From the NCBI RefSeq assembly GCF_009914755.1, contig NC_060926.1: DNA of 64,000 nucleotides; one strand, written 5' to 3'. The notes beneath the pieces were generated by a model that searched no databases, was not told where the DNA came from, and saw nothing but the letters and a program-made list of their open reading frames with translations. This DNA comes from the human T2T-CHM13v2.0 reference genome, Homo sapiens. Position numbers and translations under genes: made by a program. This document shows positions 19,227-39,008 of this stretch, one piece after another (the stretch's first letter is position 1; each line of letters begins with the position of its first letter).

Positions 19227-20533
19227 ATGTGCTACTTCTATTTTATTATGATTTGTTGCTGGGCCAGCCTGTCCTTATGATCTGGTAGATCTAACAAAAC
19301 CAAACTCACGGTGGGAACTTTTAGCCACATGGTCACTTAATATTTGTTGTCAGATAGTCCGTCTCTACCTAGGTGCAGTAGCATGCTAAGAGCTATTAAA
19401 GTACACAATTATGCTATATATTTATACAATATACAATTACTTGCAGATAGCATGACCATGCTAGTGAACCCCACAAGACTATGTGTGAATCGTCTATTAG
19501 GGTTTGCTGTAAACTCTACATGGTGCTTTTTCCAACTGCATATACTTCTAATACCATACAGCCTACTAGATTGTATGGCTCAAACAGTAGGGCTGCTTGC
19601 CCTGGATCCTGGACCTGCTGCAGAGGCCTTTTCTGCCCTAAGCTTTTGTCAAAGGTGGAAGCCTTCTGTGTCACTCAGCAAATGTGTCAGAACAGTATTC
19701 CTTAGTATTGGGGGACAAATGGGCCCCCTAAAATCTTCTGCGACTGATGTCACAGGTCCTTAAATCTTCAGATGATTTTCTCTCGCAGGGATGCTTGTGT
19801 CTCTCTAGGCCATCCAACATGTTATTTCTTACCCAGTCTATTTTAACTGGTAAATAAAATGGACAAATGTAACATGCTACAGAATGTCCAGACAGCTCAG
19901 GTCTCTGGACTACGTTAGGACAGAGAGTCAAGGAACTAATATACATCTTGGACAAGTCTCTAAATGCATGCTGTTGTCCTTCCCATGAATGTGAATTGCT
20001 TCTGGTAAATTTCACTCTAAGTACGGCTTCAGTTATTTTACATATATATTGATCGGTAATCTTTTCATTTTAATTCAATTTTAAGCATGTTCTAATTTTT
20101 ATTATAATTTCTTCTTGCTTCCATGAATCATTTGGAAGCTGTTTGTAGTTTCTAAAATTCATGGATTACTTTTGGATAAGTTTTTGTTATTGATTTCTAA
20201 TAGTGCTATTACACATTTCTTATAACAATGTAAACGTTTGATACTACCTTTAGGCCTAGTATCTGGTCAATTTTTGTAAATACTCCAAGTGTGCTTGAAA
20301 AGAATAGAAATTCTTTAACTGTTGATTAGACTTACTAATTTTATGTTTATTTATTCAATTACTAAAAATGAAATGTTAAAATCTCTCACTGTGTAGATTT
20401 TTTTATTGCTCTTTCCAATTCTAATTTTGGCTTTATTTATTTTGAGACTACATTATTAGGTATCCACAATTTTATAAAAATTAAGAAAAAATTAGAAAAG
20501 TTTAGAAAAAAATTAGAAAAATATAGAAAAAGT

Positions 20534-21025
20534 TGTGACAGAAGCACACATGGGCTTTATCTGGATGATCTCTTGTCAGGTTTCTATCCTGGAGAAGGTC
20601 TTCACAGCAAGAGATGGACCAGAGGATTGAGACAAGGGGGCCACCACTCAGAAGGGGAGGAGGGCAAAGGAACTCCTGAGGGAGGAAAGGATCAGAGAGG
20701 AGGCTTTCATGTCTCAGTGATATCACTCTTCAGCATGGCATGGAGTCTGTAGTTCACAGAGTTCCAAAGAGCAGAAGCAGTTTGGGGTCTTTACAGCCTA
20801 GAGTTTATCTGTGGCAAGCAGATTTTGGACGTAGTTTCCCAGGGCATGTAAATCAGGCAGGCTCTAAATGCCTACAAATCTGCATGTCTGGGCTATGTTT
20901 AACACAATTGGATGTTTAAAAATTTGAGTTTGGTGCCAGTTGGTTTTTGAGTTAATGGATTTCAGCATGCTGTGAAGAAATAACCCAGGCGCCAATACAC
21001 AGAGGCCATCCTTGTCTCATTTACA
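20534..21025 (-). mobile_element. ERVL-type solo LTR (LTR47-like)
   Basis: About 490 bp, GC-richer than flanks, TG...CA ends; reverse strand starts TGTAAATGAGACAAGGATGGCCTCTGTGTATTGG. Confidence 0.55.
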
Positions 21026-21949
21026 TTATATGCAATGACTCTATCCTTTTTTGCTCACAGTTGTTTTATTCATTTCTTTTAGATTTGTTTACTTTACTGA
21101 GATTATTTGGTAGGTAAGATTTCAGTTTATTGTAGTTTGCTAATTCATTATTCAAAGTGTTCTAATAAAAATTTTGCTCCATCCTTAATCCCCATTTAAA
21201 CAAAGCTGCTGTGGGTAAGGTCATCAATGGCCTTCGTGTTATCAAATCCATTTTGTTAACAAAATTTTAATGTTTAAAATTTTCTTATGTGTACACGTTT
21301 AATTTATGTAATTTCAAAATGGGGTATCATACATGGAATTTGGTAGTTTTCTTTCTTTTTTTGTTCACTTGCTCTCTTTCTTAATGCTTTACTGTAACCC
21401 ACAACACAATGTCTCCCATATTTATTATGTATGACTGATATTCACATAAAACATATTTTGTCATTAAGTGTTATCTTTTTCCACATAGGTGTTCCTGTCT
21501 TTAGTCTTCTATTTTCTCTCTCTCCCGCTTCTCTCCCACCCTTCCTCTCTCCATTTATGTATGTATTTAAATCATTTTAAAAATCATTTTGTGTATCACT
21601 TCAAAGCCTTCAGTGTAAATTGAGGGTCCAATTTTGTTTTCTTTGAATTCTTTATTTTCATATATTAATTTTTCAACTACATGTAGATTCACAATTTTTT
21701 ACCACTCTTGCTTATTCTTAATGAATACAATTGTTTTTCTTAATTGATCAATTCCAATAGTTCTATAGTAGGTGTTGATATCTAGTGAGAAAAGTTCCTC
21801 TCAATAGTCTTTTTTTTTGGTACAATTTTCTGACTATTCTTCTACAGGAACTTTAAGATAATTTAATCCAATTTTAAAATGCTTTTGTGATTCTAATGTG
21901 AATTTAATTGAATTTATATATAATTTTAGGATATTTATGTTTTTACAAG

Positions 21950-22240
21950 AGTTTTGTTTGTTTTTTTGAGACAGAATCTCACTTTGTCATCCAGGCAGGA
22001 GTGCAGTTGTGGGATCTCAGCTCACTGAAGCCCCAACCTCCCACCTCAGCCTCCCAAGTACCTGGTTCTATAAGCATGCGCCAAGCCCAACTAGTTTTTT
22101 GTTTTGTTTTGTTTTGTTTTGTTTAGAGATAGCGTTTCACAATTTGCCGAAGCTGGTCTTGAACTCCTGGGCTCAAGCAGTCCTCCTGCCTCGGCCTCCC
22201 AAAGTGCTGGGATTACAGGTATGAGCCACTGCACCTAGCC
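21950..22240 (-). mobile_element. AluJ-like
   Basis: GAGACAGAATCTCAC...CTCCTGGGCTCAAGCAGTCCTCCTGCC. Confidence 0.85.
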
Positions 22241-22987
22241 TCATGTGTTTCTTATTCAATAGCTTTTGGTAACATTTTTATATTTTTTTCTTATAGATCT
22301 TTCTTGGTAAATTTATTTTACCTTTATTATTTTTGTTATTGTGAATATTTCTACCATTAGCATTTCAAGGTGTTTATTGCTAATATATTTTGTATTATGA
22401 TCTTATTTCCAAATACCTTACCAATATTCCTCTTTAAAATATTTGAAAGTTCTGTTTTTCCTAATCTCTATGATTTCCTAGGCATATAATCATATCCAAA
22501 AAAGTTTTCTATATATTTATACTGATTATTTCATTTAAAAATCTCGTTACATTCATGGATCCTCCAAGATAATATTTAATAACAAATAATGACAGCAGCT
22601 ATTCCTACTGGTTCCTTGTTTTAATTGAAATGTTCCTTTATGATTTAAAATACTTGTTTTGTAGGCATTTCATAAATAACGGTTATGTTTAGACACTTTC
22701 CTTCAATTTCTATTTTACTCAAGAATCTTCATTAGGAGTGGATGTTTAATCTTAACAATAGCCCTCTCAGCGTCTACTGATATAATCACCTTTTCCTCTT
22801 ATTTGACGTCAATTATGTAATTGTGTTAATATACTTAACTGATATTGAAATACCCGTGAATTCCTGAAATACAATGCTCTTTGCATACTGTATTACTTTT
22901 TTTTGTTGTTGCAATTATTGATAAAATTGCTGGGTTTTTATTTAGAACATTCATTCATATGTATAAGTCAGATTGGTCTATAGATTG

Positions 22988-23265
22988 GTTTTTTTGTTTG
23001 TTTTTTTGTTTTGAGATGGAGACTTGCTCTGTCACCCAGGCTGGAGTGCAGTGGCGTGATCTTGGCTCACTGCAACCTCTGCCTCCTGGGTTCAAGCTGG
23101 GATTACAGACATGCACCACCATGCCGGGCTAATTTTTGTATTTTTAGTAGAGACGGGGTTTCGCCATATTGTCCAGGCTGGTCTTGAACTCCTGACCTTA
23201 AGTGATCCACCAGCCTTGGCTTCCCAAAGTGCTGGGATTACAGGTGTAAGCCATGGCACCTGGCC
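22988..23265 (-). mobile_element. AluS with internal deletion
   Basis: GAGATGGAGACTTGC...GGTTCAAG|CTGGGATTACAG. Confidence 0.88.
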
Positions 23266-23489
23266 TACAGTTTTGTCTTATGTTTATAAGGTTGTCATAT
23301 TAATGCTGCACTGCCTATGAGAAATGAATTGGTTTTCCTTTTTTAAAAAAATGTGGGATACTTTAAATAACATTGAAATTATCCTTCTTACAACCCTAGT
23401 ACTTTTTAAATTATGGATTTAAAAAAATCACTTTACATTCTCTTCTTTGTAACTGGCCTATTAACATTTTAAATTTCTTCTTGGATTAG

Positions 23490-23981
<492 letters not shown>

Positions 23982-24543
23982 TGAGTTTCTTGATTTGTTG
24001 AATGGATGTGATGAATTTATATCTTTAGTGTGATCATGCAGGGAAATGTATGAGGGATAGTGATGGAAAATTACAGGAAATCTGAAAATTTAATAAATTG
24101 TTGGCTTTTTTATTTTCTCACTATTACAGGGTTCATCTCAGTAATTATGAAATGTACTACCCTTTTCTCCTTTTCTATATTATTTTGGAAAATTACAGCC
24201 TTATAATAGAGATCAGAAATGTGTTAACATTATGGCTGAGCTATCTGACAACAGTGTTCTAAGAAAACAGTATCGCAAATATACATTTTCACAATAATTG
24301 TTCAAAACAGAAATTTTGTAAGCAAAGAATCAAACATTTAAACCAAAGGAAAGTTAGAGTGATGTCATCTCTGGTTAAAAAACACAGTCTTTCTGAACAG
24401 ATTTTCAAAGTCCTTGAAAACCATAACTAATATAAAATTACACAATACATTTGCTAATAATATGAACTGTACACTTTTTATATGAAAATGATGCTTGCTA
24501 CAACATGACTTTACTAAATTGGATTTCTGCAAAAGATAAAACA

Positions 24544-24830
24544 CCAGGCATGGTTGCTCACACCTGCAATCCCAGCACTTTGGGAATGCTGAGGCAGGGG
24601 GGATAACTTGAGTCCAGGACTTCGAGACCAGCCTGGGTAACATAGTGAGACTCTGTCTCTTAGAAAAGTAAAAAATTAGCTGGGCATGATGAAGCATGAC
24701 TGTAGTCTCAGCTACTTGGGAGGCTGAGGTGGGAGGATCACTTAGGCACAAGAGGCTGAGGCTGCGGTGAGGTACGATCACGCACCCGCACTCCAGCCTG
24801 GGTGACAGGGCCAGACTTTGTCTCAAAATA
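24544..24830 (+). mobile_element. AluJ-like
   Basis: Full dimer with GGTGGGAGGATCACTT. Confidence 0.85.
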
Positions 24831-26039
24831 TATGAAAGTAGATAAAATTAGTTTACTTACTGAACATAATCAAATATAGCAACTTTCCAGTAAAAGACTA
24901 TTAGGACAAACTGTTAACACAACCTCAGATGATGCAGCATAGTTAAAAAAAAAACAGCTTTGGGCATATTCTATACTCCAACCTCTGTGGTGCAAAGGGA
25001 CTATATGGCGAACTAGGTGTTGAGGCAGTGACAGAACTGCTGCACATGTGGTTTTTAAACAATATTTTTAATTCCCCCTAAAGTGGAAGAAGTCATCTAA
25101 CAAAATTTATTATGACTTAAATTGCTACTTCTTTATTTAGTTTTTCTCAAACTTTAACAAAATAAATTATGTAGTAAATTATAGTCATTAAGCTTGAAAA
25201 ATGTTTCAATTGAATGGGAAAACTTCCTGTGATAAAGCCTCCAATCATCAAGGAATAAGTCAATATATTTTACGCATAAATTTTCCAACATGTTAAGCAC
25301 TAAGCTTTTAACTAAATAGCTAAGGGGAAATTGTTGCCACCGAATGCAACACATATCCTGCCTTTTTAAATAACACATACTACTTATCTTGATTCCAATT
25401 CATCACTAAACATCACTTGTATAATTTGATCACAGTGATGTCCTCAGAGACGGTTGTATGCAGAATCCTATAAATTGTCTCAAGCTGCTATGCTTTTAAT
25501 GTTCACCTTAAATTTATTTTTGTTCCCCTGCCTTGCTGTCAGCTGTCACATTTTATAGTTCACCCCTTCTGCAAGACCCTTTTGATACTTGTGATTTGTT
25601 AGGAAGCAGAAATCAGATAACCTAACTTGTTAGAATTCAATGTGAAGTAAGAATAAGTAGACTCTGGGTAGCTGCTGCCTCTACCATTAAAATTTTTTAA
25701 AAAAGAAGACTTTTCAATTACCATTTAATTTGAACTTAACTTACCTAGACTACTATTAGTCGATGTTAGTTTAACAGAGGGAAAATTGTTAATAAAGTAG
25801 ATCTAATATGTAAACACATACATCATTCCCTTGTTCTGGATCTATCAATGATTTCATACTTTGACTATATCTAAATTATCTGCTTTTCCTGGCCTTCAAA
25901 GTGGTCTTTAATTCAGCCCTGCTTTCCATGGGTTAAATTTCCTACAATGCTGAGATGTTTATATTGGTTTCCTCCTGTCCTACGAACTTCGTACTGATTT
26001 CTGCCCCAATAAATTTGATTAGATGAAGAAAAAAAGACT

Positions 26040-26332
26040 TTTTTTTTTTAAGATAGGGTTTCACTCCTGTTGCCCAGGCTGGAGTACAATGGCACAACTG
26101 GCTCACTGCAACCTTTGCCTCCTCAACTCAAGAGTTTCTTGTGCCTCAGCCTCCCGAGTAACTGGGACTACGGGTGCGCCACTGGTGCCCGGTTAATTTT
26201 TGTATTTTTTTTGTAGAGATGAGATCTCACCATGTTGCCCAGGCTGGTATGGAACTCCTGAGATCAAGTACTCCACCCACCTCAGCCTCCCAAAGTGCTC
26301 AGATTACAGGTGTGTAGTCACTGCACCAAGCC
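26040..26332 (-). mobile_element. Alu
   Basis: Full dimer after poly-T. Confidence 0.85.
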
Positions 26333-28357
26333 AATGAGGCACTCACTTCTGAATAAAGTACAAGCATTACTAACATCTCCCCTGGTCTCTCCAGATTGGT
26401 TATGCTGCCACAACTGAATTCTAAATGTGTTAAGTGTTATACAATTAGTTAAGTTTCTTTGGTAGATATCAAATAAAACATCCACCTAAATTCTTAAGAA
26501 CCTTGTTAAATAGTGGAATTTACAAACTCTTTATACAGATTCTGATAGCACATTTCTATTGGAAGACTATGGAATCACAATGAGGAAGGTAGTACTATAT
26601 AGATCAGCAGCTGGCTTATTTGGCTTCCTGTAACTTATTAACAAATTAGGTTACACAATACAAAGGCAACTTAATGAATCATCATATTTGGCATTGAACT
26701 CAAAGCTGAATTGAGTGAATTGTGAGGTGCTTTCCATAATTCAACTTGCTTAATTACCCATATGAATGAATCATTCATCCCTCAAGCCTGCTAACACTTT
26801 TGGATACCTGATGTTTATGTAATAGTGGTGCTCATTTGCTGAGTAAGGCATGAGTAGTTTCCTAGGTAAGCAGAAGTAGCCCTCAAAACAATCATAATGT
26901 GACACAGTAACAACAAGGCTGTATTTTGAAGGCTTTAGAAACCCAAGACGTATTTCAAGAGCCAAGTTACTTTTTTTTTCCTTTACCACTTATCCTCAAA
27001 TTCTACAAGTTACTTATACTGTATCAATTCCAATATATTTGGCTATTAGATGTCTATTTTTTAAAGATGGACAAAATAAAATTGTGTAAATTTACAAGAA
27101 GTAATGGAAACTGCTAATAATGCTTATTTAAAAGAGTTATTAAAGCAACAGGCTTACTACCAACCCTAGGCTTCTGAACAATTTGCACAGGTGGGAAAAG
27201 ATATGGGCATAGCTCTTAGCATATTTTAACAACTGAAAATGTGGCAGGGAAAATGTCTTTATTCTGAGAGTATAACCATCTTACTTTTGGGGTATTAAAA
27301 TTACCTTTTATGAGATAATTCATTTTCAATGTTATTTGACAAAATTCAAAGTTGGTCATTCATTTTAGTCTCCTCATTTTTAGTAAATTTACCTCCTGTA
27401 AAATTGAAGTTATGGGAACCACTAGAACATGTGTGAAAACAAGTTGCTGTGAGACGCAGTGACAGATTTTACAAAAAGAAAAGCATTTCATGACCACAGA
27501 CCAGGATATCCAAAATTTTGGTGAGGTGGATTTTTTCCAAAGTTTGGTGAACAACTGTGGAAAAATAATTGGTTAATCTGAGAGTGAGGCTCCTTAACAG
27601 TGTTGAAGAAAAAGTATCCGAAAAAGTACCCAGAGTCAAAGAAGTGAGAGCAATGCTGTATTTATCCCCCACTGACATGTGAGGAAAGAACAATAATTTT
27701 GAACATACACCTTGTAAAACTTCTCAAAAACCAGACTACATTTCTAACTCTAAAATACATGCTGCTGGTCATGAAGATGTTCTGATCATATAATTGAACC
27801 TACTGACATTACATGTAATAAATTAAAAACCCAAGTACCATGCTTAGTGTAGTGTCTGGTACATACAAGTTCTCAATAACAATTAGTTTTATTTCTAGAA
27901 GGATTACCTCTGCCTCTTGTACCTTCTTATAAAAAGAAAGCAAAGTGAACTGAATAAATTGTATCTTAAATAGACTAAAGAAAAGCTTCCGTATTTGTCT
28001 TTTCTCAACTAAGCGGTTTCCATAGTGTCTAGCAAGGTCTCAGAAATGCACTCAGTGAAGAGGGTTAAATGGTAACTCTTTCAGAAGAGAAAGGATTCCC
28101 TACAGAGCCCAGCAGAGGCAGAGCACTATTTTGCCCAGCCTGGCCTTGAACTCCTGGGCTCCAGCACTGCAGCCATCCTCCCAGTTCAATCTTCCCAGCA
28201 TTTGGGACTACAGGCCTGTGCCATGGCTCCTGGCTAAGGATAGCTATTATGAGAGTAGTAATGTAAGATGAAACTAAGAAGACTCATAATAGTAGGATTA
28301 AAAAGCACAAAAATTTTAAAGATTCTCCGGTACATTTATTTCACAAACTTTTTTGTA

Positions 28358-28612
28358 CAGTTGACTCTTACACATGGGTTTGAACTGGGTGGGTACACTT
28401 ATGCACATACTTTTTTCAATCAAATGCAGGTGAGGTAACACAGATCAGCATTTGTGCATGGGATGTGAAACTCATGTGTACGGAGGGTCAATTGGAGGGC
28501 CAACTTTTCTACATATGGGTTCTGCAAGACTTTCTGTGAGACTTGAGTATGGCCAGATTTTGGTATATGTGTGGCCCTGGAACTAGTCCCCAGTGTATAC
28601 AAGGGATGACTG
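28358..28612 (-). mobile_element. MER8-like TcMar-Tigger MITE
   Basis: TA|CAGTTGACTCTT ... AAGGGATGACTG|TA: imperfect terminal inverted repeats with TA TSD, 255 bp. Confidence 0.85.
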
Positions 28613-29968
28613 TATTTTAATGCTTTATAGTGTTAAAAAGAGAAAAATGTCCACGTAACCACAATTTTGAACACTGAACTATTTTAATATGAATTAATAT
28701 GTCTTATATTTATTACCAATTGATCTTCCAATTGCAGCAGCCCATGAGTTTGGTTGTAAGTGTTCTTGCCATTCCACCCCAGCTGTCACTGAGTCAAACA
28801 GTTTAAAATACACACACACACACAAACAGACACAAGCCTTTTGTAAAGTACACAAATCTTTTATACTGTAAATAACTGTTCCTCAATGGAACTTTTTGTA
28901 TCCAGTTTACTTCTTTTCTAAAGCTGGGATATTCATATTAAATACCCAACAATCTCTATAAAGCAAAGAGTCGATAGAGAACACAAGTAATTCTTGATGG
29001 CAATATTTTTCTTAATTCACCTAAACAAATGCAGTTTGGAAGGCCAAAAGGAGAAAAAAACACTTCAGATTATCAAAACCAAAAGAGATATGAAAAAATA
29101 ACATATTTAACAATGTAGGCGGGAATTTTAAATACAAGATCCTGTTGAAAATATTGATATTCAAAGAAACAAGCAGCTTTGGATCCATAGCCACAATTTA
29201 GGTTTTCCTAGATTAAAATCAGAAGTGATTTTATTGTTGGAAGATACATTAATTCTTTGAAGTCAGAATAAGAGGCTTGACAATTTAATTTCTAATTAAG
29301 TGACTGAATAGACAAAGGATCAAATACAAACAGTAGTGCAGGAAGAAAATAAATTGGAAGAAATAATTGTTCAACCAGTAGTAATAATTAAGACCACCAT
29401 TTTAAAATTTTCTATACACAAAGAATGAGAAAATATTGTTATAATATTATTATTATACTTCTTTCTTTTTCAGTATTAGTGGACCCACATTATCTCCTGT
29501 CAATTCATTGTGTTTATTATATGAGCCATCGCAGGCAGGAAACTAAAAAGAAAAAAGAATTACAAGTGTTATTTTTAAAATGTGATTCATTAGGTAGAAA
29601 CATTTGTGAAATTCTCTCAGAAAGAAAGAATATCGCTTGCTAAAAAAAATCAGATGGTTTTCCTGAGTAATAGTTACATTTTACATCCAACTGAACCATA
29701 TTCAAAATCTAACAATTTAAACAGTTACTTCATTATTTGGTTCAGATTTTAAGTAAAAACCTATGAATGATTCCATATGAGTGATTAAAACAGACAACAG
29801 GTTTAAAAGGGAATCAAAGAAGTTCTTGGTCATTTGTGGAGCTTAAAATTCGAGCTCACCTATTGCTTAATTTTAAAACAATGGAATTTAATTCAAAATA
29901 AGTTATAATTTTTCTTGCTATAAAACTCATGCATACCACACAATTTTTGAAAACAAAAATATATTTTA

Positions 29969-30298
<330 letters not shown>

Positions 30299-30930
30299 TC
30301 ATAACCCATCCAGATATAGGTAATAATAATTAACAGTTTGTTTATCAAACTCCCGCTTGGGGGAGTGGGCGTGGCCCAGCAGCCGGCGTGCCTTACTAGT
30401 GAAAAAGCTGGGGTTGGAGCTGCCACGGGGGGAGATGTGGGGGGCCTAGGGGGCTTTGCTTGGACGTTCTGGGTATCCTTCAGTGATCTCAGGTTCCTCA
30501 CCTGTCTCAGAGGACTGATGGGCTGCTATGGCAGGGTTGTTTGGAGGATTAAGACAGTCCCAGTAAAGCCCTATTAGACACCCCCCCACCCCCCGCCCTC
30601 TGGATTTTTTTTATTATTATTATTTTTCTGGCTTTCTGAGGAAACTTTCCGGAATGTGTCCAGGTGTTGAAGCGGGAAGCCTGGACACCCTCCCTTGGCG
30701 TTGCAGTTCCTTCCAGACGCCCCCTCTTCTTAGGCTTTTTTCAAGCGCACGCCAGGCAACATGTGCTCTACCCAAGTGCACTTCACAGATCTTCCTGTGA
30801 GTCTAAAACCAGAACGCTTTCTTCCCTGACCCCTGCCCTCATATCACCCCAACCCCAAGTCTTTTGGCAGAGCCGGCTACAGACTCAAGTGTCAGTTTAA
30901 TGCTTGTTCCCTAAGGTCTCCCCAGGGCTC

Positions 30931-30966
30931 TTAGGACGGTGATAGGGTTAGGATTCGGGTTCGGGT
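30931..30966 (+). repeat. Short degenerate telomere-like stub
   Basis: TTAGGA-CGGTG-ATAGGG-TTAGGA-TTCGGG-TTCGGG. Confidence 0.7.
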
Positions 30967-31536
30967 GCGCCTCTCGGTGCCCTGCTCCGGCGCTGTGTGC
31001 CTTTAGGAGGGCGGAGCTGCGTTCTCCTCAGCACAGGATGAGGTGTGTTCTGCTCAGCACAGACCCGGGGGGCCAACGCGAAGGCAGAGCAGCGTTCTCC
31101 TCAGCACAGACCTTGGGGGCACTGCCTCGCTTTGGGGCAACTTGGGGCCGCATCGACGGTGAATAAAATCCTTCCTGTTTGCAGCCCTGAATAATCAGGG
31201 TCAGAGACCAGTTAGAAGGGTTCAGTGTGGAAAACGGGAAAGCAAAAGCCCCTCTGAATCCTGCCCACCAAGGTTCTCCCCTGCCAAGGCGAGGCGGCCG
31301 CAGTGTGAGATCCACACCGCAGTCTCGGAAGACAAATGCAGCATTCCTAATGCAGACATGACACCCAAAATATGACACCCCCATTGCTCATGTAACAAGC
31401 ACCTGTAGTGCTAATGCACTGCCTCAATACAAAAACATTAATATAAGATCCACAATCCCCTCGCTGCCATGCAGTCCTAAGACAGCGATCATAATAATCA
31501 ACATTGACATAGTCAATACAAATGTAGTAATGAACC
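30967..31536 (+). repeat. TAR1 telomere-associated repeat (5'-truncated)
   Basis: Three GTTCT(C/G)CTCAGCACAG cores (31021, 31047, 31094) of the subtelomeric 37-bp repeat; TAR1 body ...GAATAAAATCCTTCCTGTTTGCAGCCCTGAATAATCAGGG...CATGTAACAAGCACCTGT... running into the telomere tract. Confidence 0.92.
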
Positions 31537-31815
31537 TAGGGTTAAGGTTGGTGTTAGGGTTAGGGGTTAGGGGTTAAGTTTAGGGTTAGGGGTTGGAGAT
31601 AGAAGTTGGGGTCAGAGTTAGGGGTTAGGAGTCAACGTTTAGAGTTAGGTGTTAAGAGAGGTTAGGGATTAGGAGTTAGGTTTGGGTTAGGGTGAGGGTG
31701 AGGGTTGGGGTTAGGGTTAGGTTTAAGGGTTAGGGTTAGGGGTTAGGGTTATGGCCAGGGGTTAGCGGTCAGGGTCAGGGGTTAGGGGTCAGGGTCAGGG
31801 TTCAGGGGCAGGGTT
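31537..31815 (+). repeat. Interstitial degenerate telomeric repeat (TTAGGG)n
   Basis: About 280 bp of TTAGGG, TTAGGGG, TGAGGG, TTGGGG and, distally, TCAGGG units. Confidence 0.97.
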
Positions 31816-36720
<4,905 letters not shown>

Positions 36721-37310
36721 AACTTAAACATTTGTGACAATTTCAATGTCAGAAATTTATGTGTAATCGAATTTATTCTGGTAGCCTAAATTCTGGTAGC
36801 TTATTTTCTTATATGCTTCAATCTTTATAATTTAGTTCTCACATGAGGGAGATCTAATATTGGAAATATTTTCAATCTGTATGTTTATGTATTTATTCTA
36901 GTTGTCCTGGCACAAGGTTATCAATGTTGCTGTGTGACCAGCCATTGGCTTTTCACATTTACAACTCCTCTGAATTTTTTCTTGCCTCATTTCTGGTGCT
37001 GGGAAATTCTGATATTTTCTCCTCATCTCCATTGTACATTTTAAGGATTCTTGAAACTTTTGATGCACAAACATCCACACTTTCTGCATAAGTAAAATAT
37101 TTTACTTAGATATTTTCTAGCAGACACTGAGTTCTCATGAGAAATCCTCAGTCTCTTTATTTGGAACACCCCCTCCCCAATATTCCATATGGAGTAGTTT
37201 TGTGTAGAATGTGATTATTTCATTAATATGTCAAAGTATGGATACATTTTGAACACATTTCTGAAGTTGTAATACCTTTCTTGATGAATAGTACGTGTGC
37301 ATGACAAGAA

Positions 37311-37438
37311 TTGTATTTTTAGTAGATACGGGGTTTCACCCTGTTAGCCAGGATGGTCTCGATCTCCTGACCTCATGATCTGCCTGCCTCTGCCTCCCAA
37401 AGTGCTAGGATTACAGGCATGAGCCACCGCGCCTGGCC
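37311..37438 (-). mobile_element. Half Alu (left arm only, AluY/Sc-like), broken at the linker
   Basis: Starts abruptly at TTGTATTTTTAGTAGA with no right arm or tail. Confidence 0.88.
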
Positions 37439-38712
37439 AATCACATCATTCTTGTATTCACCTAGTGGTCGCTGTGTACCTCCCACGTCAGGCACTGTAC
37501 TACCAGACACTGAGGATCCGGTGGGGAGCCAGAGGGACTTTAAGGACTGAGTCAGTAAGACATGGGCTGGTGGGATAGGGAAGGATGAGGGAGATAGGGG
37601 GTCAGATGATCCCCATGGTTCTGCCTGGGGCACCTGAAGGAAAGTCAGAAAGGAAGCCGTGTTGAAGAGGGATGGCAATGAGTTTTGTGTTTGGTTTTCA
37701 GTACAGAGATGCCAGGCTGCGGGGAGGACATGTAGGAGGTGTGCATCACAGGTAAAGGCAATTGCTCTATGGGCCTGTGGTTTGATGGGAAGAGACGCTA
37801 AATCATGGTTCATGATTCTTTCTCAAAATTGTAATGCAAAAAGCCCTCATTGAATCTGCATTTTATAACAAGTACAGTGCAAGTTTCGGGGGTATCAGGA
37901 AGAAGAAACATGCTCCTTTGTCTCCTGAAGCTCACAGGCTAGTGGACATGGCAGACATGTAGGAGAAGGGAGAAGAGGTCAGTCCACAGAGTACAGCTTT
38001 GGGTTTACCTCTGATGCTGGCCCTGACCCAGATCAACCAAACCTAATGGAAACAGAGAGCTGAGAAAGCGGGAGAGTTGAGCTCACTGATGCTCGGATTT
38101 TACAGATAAATCTGGAGGCGGTTTATCCCAGTGCTGACATCCAGGCACTGCGGGTGCCACAGAGAAACATGGAAGGGCCTTCTGGAGACCACCACACCCG
38201 GCATCCTTCCCCCTTTTAGAACTGGAGCGAGACAACCATGTGTGCTATCACTACTTCTTTCTTTACAGTGTCGGTCCAACACCATAATGGTCTGACAGTC
38301 CTGCAGCCTGGAAGCCCAGGATCACGGTGCCAGCAGGGTTGGTTTCTTCCAAGGCCTCTCTTCTGGGTGGTGGCTTCACGTGGCCTTTCCTCTGTGGACA
38401 CGTGCCCTTGGTGCTTCCCACCACTTTTTCCAAGTTCACGCTGATCCCTTGAATCAGTTATCACTCCCCCACTTGTTTTCCAGCTTCTGTGATGTTTCTG
38501 ACAGGAGCTCCTCTCACTCTCTGCTGTGAACTCTTCCCTTTTACATCTGCAATCCCTTTGCATTCCTTTCAGCGGTGTTTGGAGGAGAAGCAAGGGCTGA
38601 AGTTGTTCCCACTCATGTCTTTCGCCCCCCAGGTGCCCCTGATGTTTCAGCACCACGTGATGCCTGCAGGGAGATCCCTCTGTACTTCATAATATTATTT
38701 CTATTTTTTACA

Positions 38713-39008
<296 letters not shown>

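Noticed and set aside
31537-31815. Head-to-head telomere fusion site of the 2q13 type
   Set aside because: Only one polarity is present; no CCCTAA array follows.
36721-37310. Possible gene fragment (63-aa ORF at 36898-37089)
   Set aside because: No recognisable protein; weak similarity to ancient L1/HAL1 ORF1 is too faint to call.
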